Assembly (NCBI RefSeq): GCF_046119375.1
Contig: NW_027362761.1
Span: 970,610,001 to 970,674,000, forward strand
From: Phyllobates terribilis
Taxonomy: Eukaryota
DNA length: 64,000 bases
Direction: 5' to 3'
Positions 49,986-62,645 of this stretch are shown piece after piece. Every line of letters begins with the position of its first letter. Position 1 is the stretch's first letter. Below the pieces are notes generated by a model, which was given only the letters and a program-made list of their open reading frames with translations, had not been told where the DNA came from and made no database searches. The translations under genes were made by a program, and so were the position numbers.

Positions 49986-51479
49986 ATGATGCTATGCCCA
50001 AAAGGTTTTACTTCACTAGGTGCAGTAAAAAAATTGGTATTCTATACACAGGTGGTGTAGCTTGCAACACAGATATACTACTCCACTGACTAGCACACTC
50101 TGCAATAGGCCAAAAAGGATTAGCTTTGCTAGATTTAGCCAAATGCTGTGAAAAAAACTTGCACAGCACTGGCACAGACCTGCCTGGCAAAAACTGATAG
50201 GAACTGATGTAACTTAGTCCTGAAAAGGACTGCAATTACAATTAGTCTTTACTCCCAACCTATCTATTTAAGAGCACAGACCTGCCTGATAAAAGTCGTA
50301 GGAAAAGCTGTAACCTAGTCCTTAAAAGGACTGCAATCACAACTCTTCCCTACTCCCAAGCTATCTGTAGATTTGTGCGAAAATTGGCTTTAAATTAACA
50401 AGGTATAGCGCACACAGCAACAGCGGTGCCGTCTAACACGCAGCTGCAGCAGTGAGAAAATGGTGGCGACGGAGAAAATGGCTGGGTCTTATAGGGCAAG
50501 GACATGTGACATACACTGCCAATGACACATGCCCTTGCTTGTGTGAAAAAAAGCAGTTCGCTCCGTCTGTGCTCTGCTGATAGGCTGACAGATTGCACCT
50601 CCCCACTGTAAATGCGGGAAAGAGAAAAAAAAATGGAGATCTTCATTATTCCTGCAGAGATCCATCCCCTGCCCCTCCCCCGCCCCGCTGTACACTCAAA
50701 CTGCGTATTAACATTAATTTTCAGCACTACTGAGAAAAAATCCAGTTATGATTTTGGTGCACGAACAGTTATCGAACATAACCTCGAACAGCCGAATTTT
50801 TTTCAAATTGTTCGTGTTCGCCGAACGGCTCGAACACCGCCCAAAACAGCTTGAATTTGAGATTGGCGAACAGTTCGAGTCGAACAACGCTCATCTCTAA
50901 TCAGGACAGTACTCCTATCAAAGTCAGCCTGTGGCTATCTCAGATAGGAGATTATGATTTGTGCTATATAGTGTTGGAATTGCTGTATATAGTACAAGTG
51001 ATCAGACAATCAGAGGTTTAAGTCCCCTAAGGAGAACAAAACACAGCAAAAATAAAAAAAAGTTTTAAAATATGTGGAAAAAAAATTGAGTCACCTCTGA
51101 TTTCCCCCATTAAAAATAAAGACATAGAAAGTATGCCCTTGCACATTGATTGATAGCTGGCTCTGCTGCACATCTGTGAAGAGTGAGCTGTCAATCAAAG
51201 TACCAATGCATGCTAACAATAACTGCTCACAGTATAGTGAGCGCTACTATGAGTAATGACTATAGCATCTCCATGCATGCCCCAGGACTAAAAGCTGCTG
51301 GGGAAATATGTTAAATTTCTCAAAGTAGCTGTTCTTTCAATAGGGCAGCCAAGCAAGCAGTATTGTAATGTTATTTACTTGCAGGTTAAACCTATATGTG
51401 CAGATAACTAGCATTTTCATGTAACAGGTTTCTTATAATGAGATTATATTGCAATTAATTCATTAATTGACTGCAGACT

Positions 51480-51569
51480 GACGAATAATGACTTGTCGTG
51501 TGTTTAGAATCATTATCCATTTGTAGTAGCCATCCTCTTTTCAGCTTCAGCTTTTTTACAGCTGGGGTT
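51480..51569 (-). pseudogene. Tc1 transposase relic forming the left flank of hAT-B copy 2; continues at 62646-63116
   Basis: Joining the flanks gives ILDKNITPAVKKLKLKRGWLLQMDNDSKHT. Confidence 0.85.
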
Positions 51570-52229
51570 TAGAGATGAGCAGTGTTCGACTCGAACTGTT
51601 CGCCCATCTCAAATTCGAGCTGTTTTGGGCGGTGTTCGAGCCGTTCGACGAACCCGAACGGTTTGCAAAAAATTTCGCTGTTCGAGGTTATGTTCGATAA
51701 CTGTTCGTGCACCAAAACCGTAACTGCATTTTTTCACAGTAATGCTGTTAATCAATGTTAATAGACAGTTTCAGTGTAGAGTGGGCGGGGGGAGGGGCAG
51801 GGGATGGATCTCTGCAGAAATAATGCCGATCTCCATTTTTTTTTTCTTTCCCGCATTTACAGTGGGGAGGTGCAATCTGTCAGCCTATCAGCAGAGCACA
51901 CACGGAGCGAACTGCTTTTTTTCACACAAGCAAGGGCATGTGTCATTGGCAGTGTATGTCACATGTCCTTGCCCTATAAGACCCAGCCATTCTCCCCGTC
52001 GCCACCATTTTCTCACTGCTACAGCTGAGTGTTAGATGGCACCACTGCTTCTGTGGGCGATATACAATATAACTTAGTGAATTGCGAGCGAATTTGCAGT
52101 TAAATAGAGAGATAGGTTTAGGGAGTAGGGACTAGTTGTAATTGCCGCCCTTTTGAGGGTTAGGTTACAGCAGCTCCTAGCACTTTTTGCCAGGCAGGTC
52201 TGTGCCAGTGCTGTGCAAGTGTTTCTCAA

Positions 52230-55200
52230 TGCAGCTAAGCCAATCCTTTTGGGCCTGTAGCAGTGTCTGTTAGTCATTGGAGTAGCCCATCTGAACCAAG
52301 CTACACCACCTGTGTATCTAATAACAATTTTTTTACAGCATGTAGCCCAGTAAATCCTTTTTGGCCTGTAGCAGTGTCTGGTAGTCAGTGGAGTAGCCGA
52401 TCTGAACCAAGCTACACCACCTGTGTATCTTATAATAATTTTTTACTGCATCTACCCAAGTAAATCCTTTTGGGCCTGTAGCAGTGTCAGGTAGTCATTG
52501 GAGTAGCCCATCTGAACCAAGCTACACCACCTGTGTATCTAATAAATTTTTTTTACTGCATCTAGCCCAGTAAATCCTTTTGGGCCTGTAGCAGTGTCTG
52601 GTAGTCAGTGGAGTAGCCCATCTGAACCAAGCTACCCCACCTGTGTAGCTAATAACAATTTTTTACTGCAACTAAACCAGTAAATCCTTTTGGGCCTGTA
52701 GCAGTGTCTGGTAGTCAGTGGAGTAGCCCATCTGAACCAAGCTACACCACCTGTGTATCTAATAACAATTTTTTACTGCATCTAGCCCAGCAAATCCTTT
52801 TGGGCATAGTAGCAGTGTCTGGTAGTCAGTGGAGTAGCCCATCCGAACCAAGCTACACCACCTGTGTATCTAGTAAAAATTATTTACTGCATCTAACCCA
52901 GTAAATCCTTTTGGGCCTGTAGCAGTGTGAGGTAGTCATTGGAGTAGCCCATCTGAACCAAGCTACACCACCTGTGTATCTAATAAATTTTTTTTACTGC
53001 ATATAGCTAAGTAAATCCTTTTGGGCCTGTAGCAGTGTCTGGTAGTCAGTGGAGTAGCCCATCTGAACCAAGCTACACCACCTGTGTATCTAATAACAAT
53101 TTTTTACTGCATCAAGCCCAGTAAATCCTTTTGGGCCTGTAGCAGTGTCTGGTAGTCAGTGGAGTAGCCCATCTGAATGAAGCTACACCACCTGTTTATC
53201 TAATAACAATTTTTTACTGCATCTAACCAAGTAAATCCTTTTGGGCATGGTAGCAGTGTCTGTTAGTCAGTGGAGTAGCCCATCTGAACCAATCTACACC
53301 ACCTGTGTATCTAATAACAAATTTTAACTGCATTTAGCCCTGTAAATCCTTTTGGGCCTGTAGCAGTGTCTGTTAGGCAGTGGAGTAGCCCATCTGAACC
53401 AAGCTACACCACTTGTGTATCTAATAACAATTTTTTACTGCATCTAACAAAGTAAATCCTTTTGGGCCTGTAGCAGTGTCTGTTAGTCAGTGGAGTAGCC
53501 CATCTGAACAAAGCTACACCACCTGCGTATCTAATAACAATTTTTTTACTGCATCTAACCCAGTAAATCCTTTTGGGCCTGTAGAGTGTCTGGTAGTCAG
53601 TGGAGTAGCCCATCTGAACCAAGCTACTCCACCTGTGTATCTAATAACTATTTTTTACTACATCTAGCCCAGTAAATACTTTTGGGCATAGTAGCAGTGT
53701 CTGGTAGTCAGTGGAGTAGCCCATCTGAAGCAAGCTACACCACCTGTGTATCTAATAAATTTTTTTTACAGCATCTAGCCCAGGAAATCCTTTCGGGCAT
53801 AGTAGCAATGTCTGGTAGTCAGTGCAGTAGCCCATCTCAACCAAGCTACACCACCTGTGTATCTAATAACAATTTTTTACTGCATCTAGCCCAGTAAATC
53901 CTTTTGGGCCTGTAGTAGTGTCTGTTAGTCAGTGGTGTAGCCCATCTGAACCAAGCTACACCACCTGTGTATCTAATAACAATTTTTTACTGCATCTAGC
54001 CCAGTAAATCCTTTTGTGCCTGTAGAAGTGTCTGGTAGTCAGTGGAGTAGCCCATCTGAACCAAGCTACACCACCTGAGTATCTAATAACAATTTTTTAC
54101 TGCATCTAGCCCAGTAAATCCTTTTGGGCATAGTAACAGTGTCTGGTAGTCAGTGGTGTAGCCCATCTGAACCAAACTACACCACCTGTGTATCTAATAA
54201 CAATTTTTTACTGCATCTAGCCCAGTAAATCCTTTTGCGCCTGTAGCAGTGTCTGGTAGTCAGTGGAGTAGCCCATCTGAACCAAGCTACACCACCTGTG
54301 TATCTAATAACAATTTTTTACTGCATCTAACCCAGTAAATCCTTTTTGGCCTGTAGCAGTGTCTGGTAGTCAGTGGAGTAGCCCATCTGAACCAAGCTAC
54401 ACCACCTGTGTATCTAATAACAATTTTTTACTGCATCTAGCCCTGTAAATCCTTTTGGGCCTGTAGCAGTGTCTGGTAGTCAGTGGAGTAGCCCATCTGA
54501 ACCAAGCTACACCACCTGTGTATCTAATAACAATTTTTTACTGCATCTAGCCCTGTAAATCCTTTTGGGCCTGTAGCAGTGTCTGGTAGTCAGTGGAGTA
54601 GCCCATCTGAACCAAGCTATACCACCTGTGTATCTAATAACAATTTTTTACTGCATCTAGCCCAGTAAATCCTTTTGCGCCTGTAGCAGTGTCTGGTAGT
54701 CAGTGGAGTAGCCCATCTGAACCAAGCTACACCACCTGTGTATCTAATAACAATTTTTTACTGCATCTAGCCCTGTAAATCCTTTTGGGCCTGTAGCAAT
54801 GTCTGGTAGTCAGTGGAGTAGCCCATCTGAACCAAGCTACACCACCTGTGTATCTAATAACAATTTTTTACTGCATCTAGCCCTGTAAATCCTTTTGGGC
54901 CTGTAGCAGTGTCTGGTAGTCAGTGGAGTAGCCCATCTGAACCAAGCTACACCACCTGTGTTTCTAATAACAATTTTTTACTGCATCTAACCCAGTAAAT
55001 CCTTTTTGGCCTGTAGCAGTGTCTGGTAGTCAGTGGAGTAGCCTATCTGAACCAAGCTACACCACCTGTGTATCTAATAACAATTTTTTACTGCATCTAA
55101 CCCAGTAAATCCTTTTGGGCCTGTAGCAGTGTCTGGTAGTCAGTGGAGTAGCCCATCTGAACCAAGCTATACCACCTGTGTACCTAATAACATTTTTTTA

Positions 55201-58200
55201 CTGCATCTAGCCCAGTAAATCCTTTTGGGCAGAGTAGCAGTGTCTGGTAGTCAGTGGAGTAGCCCATCCGAACCAAGATACACCACCTGTGTATCTAATA
55301 ACAATTTTTTACTGCATCTAGCCCTGTAAATCCTTTTGGGCCTGTAGCAGTGTCTGGTAGTCAGTGGAGTAGCCCATCTGAACCAAGCTACACCACCTGT
55401 GTATCTAATAACAATTTTTTACTGCATCTAGCCCTGTAAATCCTTTTGGGCCTGTAGCAGTGTCTGGTAGTCAGTGGAGTAGCCCATCTGAACCAAGCTA
55501 CACCACCTGTGTTTCTAATAACAATTTTTTACTGCATCTAGGCCAGTAAATCCTTTTTGGCCTGTAGCAGTGTCTGGTAGTCAGTGGAGTAGCCTAACTG
55601 AACCAAGCTACACCACCTGTGTATCTAATAACATTTTTTTACTGCATCTAACCCAGTAAATCCTTTTGGGCCTGTAGCAGTGTCTGGAAGTCAGTGGAGT
55701 AGCCCATCTGAACCAAGCTATACCACCTGTGTATCTAATAACAATTTTTTACTGCGTCTACTCCAGTAAATCCTTTTGGGCATAGTAGCAGTGTCTGGTA
55801 GTCAGTGGAGTAGCCCATCCGAACAAAGCTACACCACCTGTGTATCTAATAACAATTATTTACTGCATCTAACCCAGTAAATCCTTTTGGGCCTGTAGCA
55901 GTGTCTGGCAGTCAGTGGAGTAGCCCATCTGAACCAAGATACACCACCTGTGTATCTAATAACAATTTTTTACTGCATCTAGCTAAGTAAATCCTTTTGG
56001 GCCTGTAGCAGTGTCTGGTAGTCAGTGGAGTAGCCCATCTGAACCAAGCTACACCACCTGTGTATCTAATAACAATTTTTTACTGCATCAAGCCCAGTAA
56101 ATCCTTTTGGGCCTGTAGCAGTGTCTGGTAGTCAGTGGAGTAGCCCATCTGAGTGAAGCTACACCACCTGTTTATCTAATAACAATTTTTTACTGCATCT
56201 AACCAAGTAAATCCTTTTGGGCATGGTAGCAGTGTCTGTTAGTCAGTGGAGTAGCCCATCTGAACCAATCTACACCACCTGTGTATCTAATAACAAATTT
56301 TAACTGCATTTAGCCCTGTAAATCCTTTTGGGCCTGTAGCAGTGTCTGTTAGGCAGTGGAGTAGCCCATCTGAACCAAGCTACACCACTTGTGTATCTAA
56401 TAACAATTTTTTACTGCATCTAACAAAGTAAATCCTTTTGGGCCTGTAGCAGTGTCTGTTAGTCAGTGGAGTAGCCCATCTGAACAAAGCTACACCACCT
56501 GCGTATCTAATAACAATTTTTTTACTGCATCTAACCCAGTAAATCCTTTTGGGCCTGTAGAGTGTCTGGTAGTCAGTGGAGTAGCCCATCTGAACCAAGC
56601 TACTCCACCTGTGTATCTAATAACTATTTTTTACTACATCTAGCCCAGTAAATACTTTTGGGCATAGTAGCAGTGTCTGGTAGTCAGTGGAGTAGCCCAT
56701 CTGAAGCAAGCTACACCACCTGTGTATCTAATAAATTTTTTTTACAGCATCTAGCCCAGGAAATCCTTTCGGGCATAGTAGCAATGTTTGGTAGTCAGTG
56801 CAGTAGCCCATCTCAACCAAGCTACACCACCTGTGTATCTAATAACAATTTTTTACTGCATCTAGCCCAGTAAATCCTTTTGGGCCTGTAGTAGTGTCTG
56901 TTAGTCAGTGGTGTAGCCCATCTGAACCAAGCTACACCACCTGTGTATCTAATAACAATTTTTTACTGCATCTAGCCCAGTAAATCCTTTTGTGCCTGTA
57001 GAAGTGTCTGGTAGTCAGTGGAGTAGCCCATCTGAACCAAGCTACACCACCTGAGTATCTAATAACAATTTTTTACTGCATCTAGCCCAGTAAATCCTTT
57101 TGGGCATAGTAACAGTGTCTGGTAGTCAGTGGTGTAGCCCATCTGAACCAAACTACACCACCTGTGTATCTAATAACAATTTTTTACTGCATCTAGCCCA
57201 GTAAATCCTTTTGCGCCTGTAGCAGTGTCTGGTAGTCAGTGGAGTAGCCCATCTGAACCAAGCTACACCACCTGTGTATCTAATAACAATTTTTTACTGC
57301 ATCTAACCCAGTAAATCCTTTTTGGCCTGTAGCAGTGTCTGGTAGTCAGTGGAGTAGCCCATCTGAACCAAGCTACACCACCTGTGTATCTAATAACAAT
57401 TTTTTACTGCATCTAGCCCTGTAAATCCTTTTGGGCCTGTAGCAGTGTCTGGTAGTCAGTGGAGTAGCCCATCTGAACCAAGCTACACCACCTGTGTTTC
57501 TAATAACAATTTTTTACTGCATCTAACCCAGTAAATCCTTTTTGGCCTGTAGCAGTGTCTGGTAGTCAGTGGAGTAGCCTATCTGAACCAAGCTACACCA
57601 CCTGAGTATCTAATAACAATTTTTTACTGCATCTAACCCAGTAAATCCTTTTGGGCCTGTAGCAGTGTCTGGTAGTCAGTGGAGTAGCCCATCTGAACCA
57701 AGCTATACCACCTGTGTATCTAATAACAATTTTTTACTGCATCTAGCCCAGTAAATCCTTTTGCGCCTGTAGCAGTGTCTGGTAGTCAGTGGAGTAGCCC
57801 ATCTGAACCAAGCTACACCACCTGTGTATCTAATAACAATTTTTTACTGCATCTAGCCCTGTAAATCCTTTTGGGCCTGTAGCAATGTCTGGTAGTCAGT
57901 GGAGTAGCCCATCTGAACCAAGCTACACCACCTGTGTATCTAATAACAATTTTTTACTGCATCTAGCCCTGTAAATCCTTTTGGGCCTGTAGCAGTGTCT
58001 GGTAGTCAGTGGAGTAGCCCATCTGAACCAAGCTACACCACCTGTGTTTCTAATAACAATTTTTTACTGCATCTAACCCAGTAAATCCTTTTTGGCCTGT
58101 AGCAGTGTCTGGTAGTCAGTGGAGTAGCCTATCTGAACCAAGCTACACCACCTGTGTATCTAATAACAATTTTTTACTGCATCTAACCCAGTAAATCCTT

Positions 58201-59340
58201 TTGGGCCTGTAGCAGTGTCTGGTAGTCAGTGGAGTAGCCCATCTGAACCAAGCTATACCACCTGTGTACCTAATAACATTTTTTTACTGCATCTAGCCCA
58301 GTAAATCCTTTTGGGCAGAGTAGCAGTGTCTGGTAGTCAGTGGAGTAGCCCATCCGAACCAAGATACACCACCTGTGTATCTAATAACAATTTTTTACTG
58401 CATCTAGCCCTGTAAATCCTTTTGGGCCTGTAGCAGTGTCTGGTAGTCAGTGGAGTAGCCCATCTGAACCAAGCTACACCACCTGTGTATCTAATAACAA
58501 TTTTTTACTGCATCTAGCCCTGTAAATCCTTTTGGGCCTGTAGCAGTGTCTGGTAGTCAGTGGAGTAGCCCATCTGAACCAAGCTACACCACCTGTGTTT
58601 CTAATAACAATTTTTTACTGCATCTAGGCCAGTAAATCCTTTTTGGCCTGTAGCAGTGTCTGGTAGTCAGTGGAGTAGCCTAACTGAACCAAGCTACACC
58701 ACCTGTGCATCTAATAACATTTTTTTACTGCATCTAACCCAGTAAATCCTTTTGGGCCTGTAGCAGTGTCTGGTAGTCAGTGGAGTAGCCCATCTGAACC
58801 AAGCTATACCACCTGTGTATCTAATAACAATTTTTTACTGCGTCTACTCCAGTAAATCCTTTTGGGCATAGTAGCAGTGTCTGGTAGTCAGTGCAGTAGC
58901 CCATCCGAACCAAGCTACACCACCTGTGTATCTAATAACAATTATTTACTGCATCTAACCCAGTAAATCCTTTTGGGCCTGTAGCAGTGTCTGGCAGTCA
59001 GTGGAGTAGCCCATCTGAACCAAGATACACCACCTGTGTATCTAATAACAATTTTTTACTGCATCTAGCTAAGTAAATCCTTTTGGGCCTGTAGCAGTGT
59101 CTGGTAGTCAGTGGAGTAGCCCATCTGAACCAAGCTACACCACCTGTGTATCTAATAACAATTTTTTACTGCATCTAGCCCAGTAAATCCTGTTTGGCCT
59201 GTAGCAGTGTCTGGTAGTCAGTGGAGTAGCCTATCTGAACCAAGCTACACCACCTGTGTATCTAATAACAATTTTTTACTGCATCTAGCCCAGTAAATCC
59301 TTTTGGGCATAGTAGCAGTGTCTGGTAGTCAGCGGAGTAG
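52230..59340 (+). repeat. 110-bp satellite array (variant 2), about 64 copies
   Basis: Unit GTAGCAGTGTCTGGTAGTCAGTGGAGTAGCCCATCTGAACCAAGCTACACCACCTGTGTATCTAATAACAATTTTTTACTGCATCTAGCCCAGTAAATCCTTTTGGGCCT. Confidence 0.98.
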
Positions 59341-59355
59341 CCCACCTGTGAAGCC

Positions 59356-60169
59356 CATTTCTCTTGTGCGAGGTTGGGGGGAGAGGGCAGAGGAAGGAAG
59401 CATGATTCTTACCTCGCCACCAACACAACAAGGACTTGGCCCTCCTGGATGCGCAAGACACATGAGTGCCTTCTTGCTGCATTACCTGCAACATGACCCT
59501 CGGATTGTCAGAATTCGAAGTAATCCGGACTACTGGGTTGCCACACTCTTAGATCACCGGTACAAAAGTAAATTTGTCGAAATAATTCCTGCCATAGAAA
59601 GGGATTCACGCATGCAGGAGTATGAGCAGAGGCTGTTACAAAATCTTACATGTTCTTTTCCACAAAACACCAGTGGTGCATGTAGTGAATCTCACAGTTC
59701 TAACTTGCCAAGCGTGGGACTGTCGAGTCTTCATCACTCAAACCGTAACAGTAACACCGTATCTGCTGGTAACAGCAATTTTGTGGAATCGTTTCACCAA
59801 TTTTTTAGACCATCCTTTGCAATGCCACAGGAGACAAGAAGTCTGACACATAGTCAAAGCCTAGAGAGGATGGTACAGGAGTATCTCCAAGTGAACATCG
59901 AAGCCATGACTGTGTCACTGGACCCTTGCTCATTTTGGCCTTCCAATCTGGAAAAATGGCCTGAGCTCGCCACTCATGCCTTGGAGATCTTGTCATGCCC
60001 CGCAGCCAGAGTTCTCTCTGAACGTGTGTTCAGCGCTGCTGGTGGTGTGCTGACAGATAAGCGCACGCGGTTGTCCACTGACAATGTAGACAGACTCACG
60101 TTCATAAAGATGAACAAATCATGGATCCGCAAGGACTTTTCTACCCCTGTGTCACACTGGGGAGACTAA
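59356..60169 (+). pseudogene. C-terminal ~270 codons of the hAT-B transposase (5' part absent)
   Basis: ISLVRGWGERAEEGSM..YWVATLLDHRYK..LEILSCPAARVLSERVFSAAGG..WGD*, closely matching copy 1. Confidence 0.95.
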
Positions 60170-60479
60170 TAGCTTGAGGATTTTGGAAAATCACCTCATC
60201 AACAATTTTAAGCAACTCTGGGGCAATTGATGCCACTTAAGTGGTGTCTGTGGCACAATTTTTGGAAAAAATGGAGACTCTTTTTGGAGTCCCCTTGCTG
60301 TGTTTTACATGACGTTGGCATCGTCAATTCCAGGTGGGTCGGGTCGCCCCCCCCCCTTTTAACCGTAAGAAACTACATACACTATGGCTTGGGGTAACAC
60401 AGATGGTTGAGTCTGAAGAGCTGTTTACTCATACTATAGCCTGGAAATCAGAGGTCTGCTCCAAAGCTTCAGTGTATGC

Positions 60480-61078
60480 TAGTCAGCGCAGTAGCCAAGC
60501 TGTGAAGCAAGCTACACCGCCTGTGTATCTAATAACAATTTTTTACTGCATCTAACCCAGCCAATCATTTTGGGCTAGTAGCAGTGTCTCGTAGTCAGCG
60601 GAGTAGCCCATCTGAAGCAAGCTACACCGCCTTTGTATCTAATAACAATTTTTTACTGCATCTAACCCAGCCAATCATTTTTGGCTAGTAGCAGTGTCTC
60701 ATAGTCAGCGGAGTAGCCCATCTGAAGCAAGCTACACCGCCTTTTTATCTAATAACAATTTTTTACTGCATCTAACCCAGCCAATCATTTTGGGCTAGTA
60801 GCAGTGTCTCATAGTCAGCGCAGTAGCCCATCTGAAGCAAGCTACACCGCCTTTGTATCTAATAACAATTTTTAACTGCATCTAGCCCAGGCAATACTTT
60901 GGGCCTAGTAGCAGTATCTGCTAGTCAGCGGAGTAGCCCAGCTGTTTTGCAAGCTACACTGCCTGTAGATCTAATTACAAATTTTTAACTGCATCCAGCC
61001 CAGGCAATACTTTGGGCCTAGTAGCAGTGTCTGCTAGTCAGTGGAGTAGCCCAGCTGTTAAGCAAGCTACACCACCTG
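60480..61078 (+). repeat. 110-bp monomer array (variant 3), about 5 copies
   Basis: Same backbone as variant 2 with diagnostic GAAGCAAGCTACACCGCC and CCAGCCAATCATTTT. Confidence 0.9.
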
Positions 61079-61352
61079 TGGTTTGGACACTTAATTTTTT
61101 CAGGAAACGCTTTGGGCCCCCGGGACACTCAGTGAAGAGAATTGGGGAGGCGCCCCAAGGCAAGAGGGCTGGGACTGGCAGTAGCACGCCTTGCGGCGGA
61201 CCGCCAAGCTCGGTCCTAATAAAAGCTTTTTAACTGCAGCAGCTTTAGTGGACGCTACTGGAGCCGGAATTACCGCGGTTGCTGGCACCAGATTTGCCCT
61301 TCAATAGATCCTTGTAAAAGGATTTAAAGTGTGCTCATTCATATTACAGAGC
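61079..61352 (-). rRNA. 18S rRNA fragment (degenerate) inside hAT-B copy 2
   Basis: GGAATTACCGCGGTTGCTGGCACCAGATTTGCCCTTCAATAGATCC is the reverse complement of conserved 18S sequence; same boundaries as 40920-41195. Confidence 0.93.
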
Positions 61353-61740
61353 TTAGACCTGCCTCCAACACGGGGGGTCTCGACCCACGAGCGGACAGGC
61401 ACCAGTATTGGGAGAGGGGGGCTGGCCGTCAGGGTCCACAGCGGCTCTGGCACAAACCCGGCGACACGGAGGTCGCACGGGCAGGAACGGCCTGGCCGTG
61501 TCGGCTTTGCACTCCAGCATAGTCCCTCTGCCCGCTCGCACCCGTAACCTCAAAGGGATGCGCAAGCGGCTTTTCTTCCCAGGGCTGTTCCCCGCCCAGT
61601 AGGAACGTGGGGGAGCTCAGGTCGGCCTTCCACCATACTCCCTTACCTTCCTCGCCATCTTTCCTTCTTCCGTTCTCCATCTAACCCCTCGGATCTGTAG
61701 TGTCCGCTCTCCCTCCAGCTCTCTCCTTCTCACAGGAGGA

Positions 61741-62244
61741 CTACCGCATGTATTCACACTGTGTCGAATCTTTTGGGCCCTGGCATAAGAAGTCGTTGAG
61801 GTAATGGATAATATGTGCCCCCTTTGAAACGTCCATGACGACCCATTCGAGGAAGCAACTAAATGTCTCAAATAGTGAGCAGGATCTGGAGCACCCCATG
61901 GGCAAACAGCGATCTATATAGTATGCTCCTTCCCAGAAGCAGCCCAATAGGCGGACACTATTCGGAGGCACAGGTAGTAAGTAACCGGAATGCCCCCTCA
62001 ATGTCTGTTTTGGCCATTAGGGTGCCCCTTCCCAACTTATTAACCCACCTGATTGCCTTGTCAAAGGATGTACAGTATATACTACTGTACTTGGTTCCGC
62101 GTCGATGTTGTCGTTTACTGATCTGCCCCTTGGATATGACAAATGGTGGATTAGGCCGAATGTATTGGGTTCCGTTTTTGGCACGACTCCCAACGGGGAT
62201 AACACTATGTCTTGTAAGGAAAGTGTTCTGAATGGAACCGCCAT
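61741..62244 (-). pseudogene. Ngaro/DIRS-type (tyrosine-recombinase retrotransposon) RT fragment
   Basis: SPLGVVPKTEPNTFGLIHHLSYPRGRSVND and LLPVPP..YYIDRCLPMGCSRSCSLFETFS..IIHYLNDFL. Confidence 0.85.
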
Positions 62245-62645
62245 TCTACCTAAAGATATTTATTTTTTTAATTTTCTTGTCACGACGTCTGGGTGTTGGT
62301 AGGCTGATTTTAGATTTTTACTCCAGCCTTTCTTGATTTTAGAAGGGCATGACATGCATATATCTGTGTCTCCTCCTCCTTTTACTCCTCCACCTCTTTT
62401 CTTTTCGCATGACTATATGTACTGTCACTTTTCCATGTGTTAGTTGTGTCTTCTGAGCAGTTTGTCAGCTTTTGGACACCTTTGAAGGTGTTTTCCATGT
62501 GTTTCTATGTGTTTTTGTTTGCCTGCCATTGGTTTTAACGGTGTTCGAAGGTGTTCGATGAACCATTCGACAAACAGTTCGGCGAACATACCGGTGTTCG
62601 ACGAACCGAACCAAACCCGAACACTACGGGGGTGGCTCAACACTA

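Larger units (their letters stand above)
40420..50899 (-). mobile_element. hAT-B copy 1, 10480 bp, near-autonomous with nested insertions
   Basis: Imperfect TIRs TAGTGTTGAGC (40420) and TAGAGATGAGC (reverse complement at 50899); perfect 8-bp TSD ATCAGGAC (40412-40419, 50900-50907); GTTCG/CGAAC subterminal clusters. Confidence 0.93.
51570..62645 (+). mobile_element. hAT-B copy 2, 11076 bp, non-autonomous and satellite-expanded
   Basis: TAGAGATGAGC at 51570, ...GCTCAACACTA at 62645; TSD CTGGGGTT / CTGGTGTT (7 of 8 match); ends homologous to those of copy 1 in inverted orientation. Confidence 0.92.

Noticed and set aside
52230-59340. CRISPR-like array
   Set aside because: Whole monomers repeat with no unique spacers, no cas genes are present and the context is eukaryotic; the same applies to the other arrays.
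40420-62645. A single 22-kb element bounded by the long inverted repeats at 40420 and 62645
   Set aside because: Outer flanks (ATCAGGAC versus CTGGTGTT) do not match, while each half has its own TSD.
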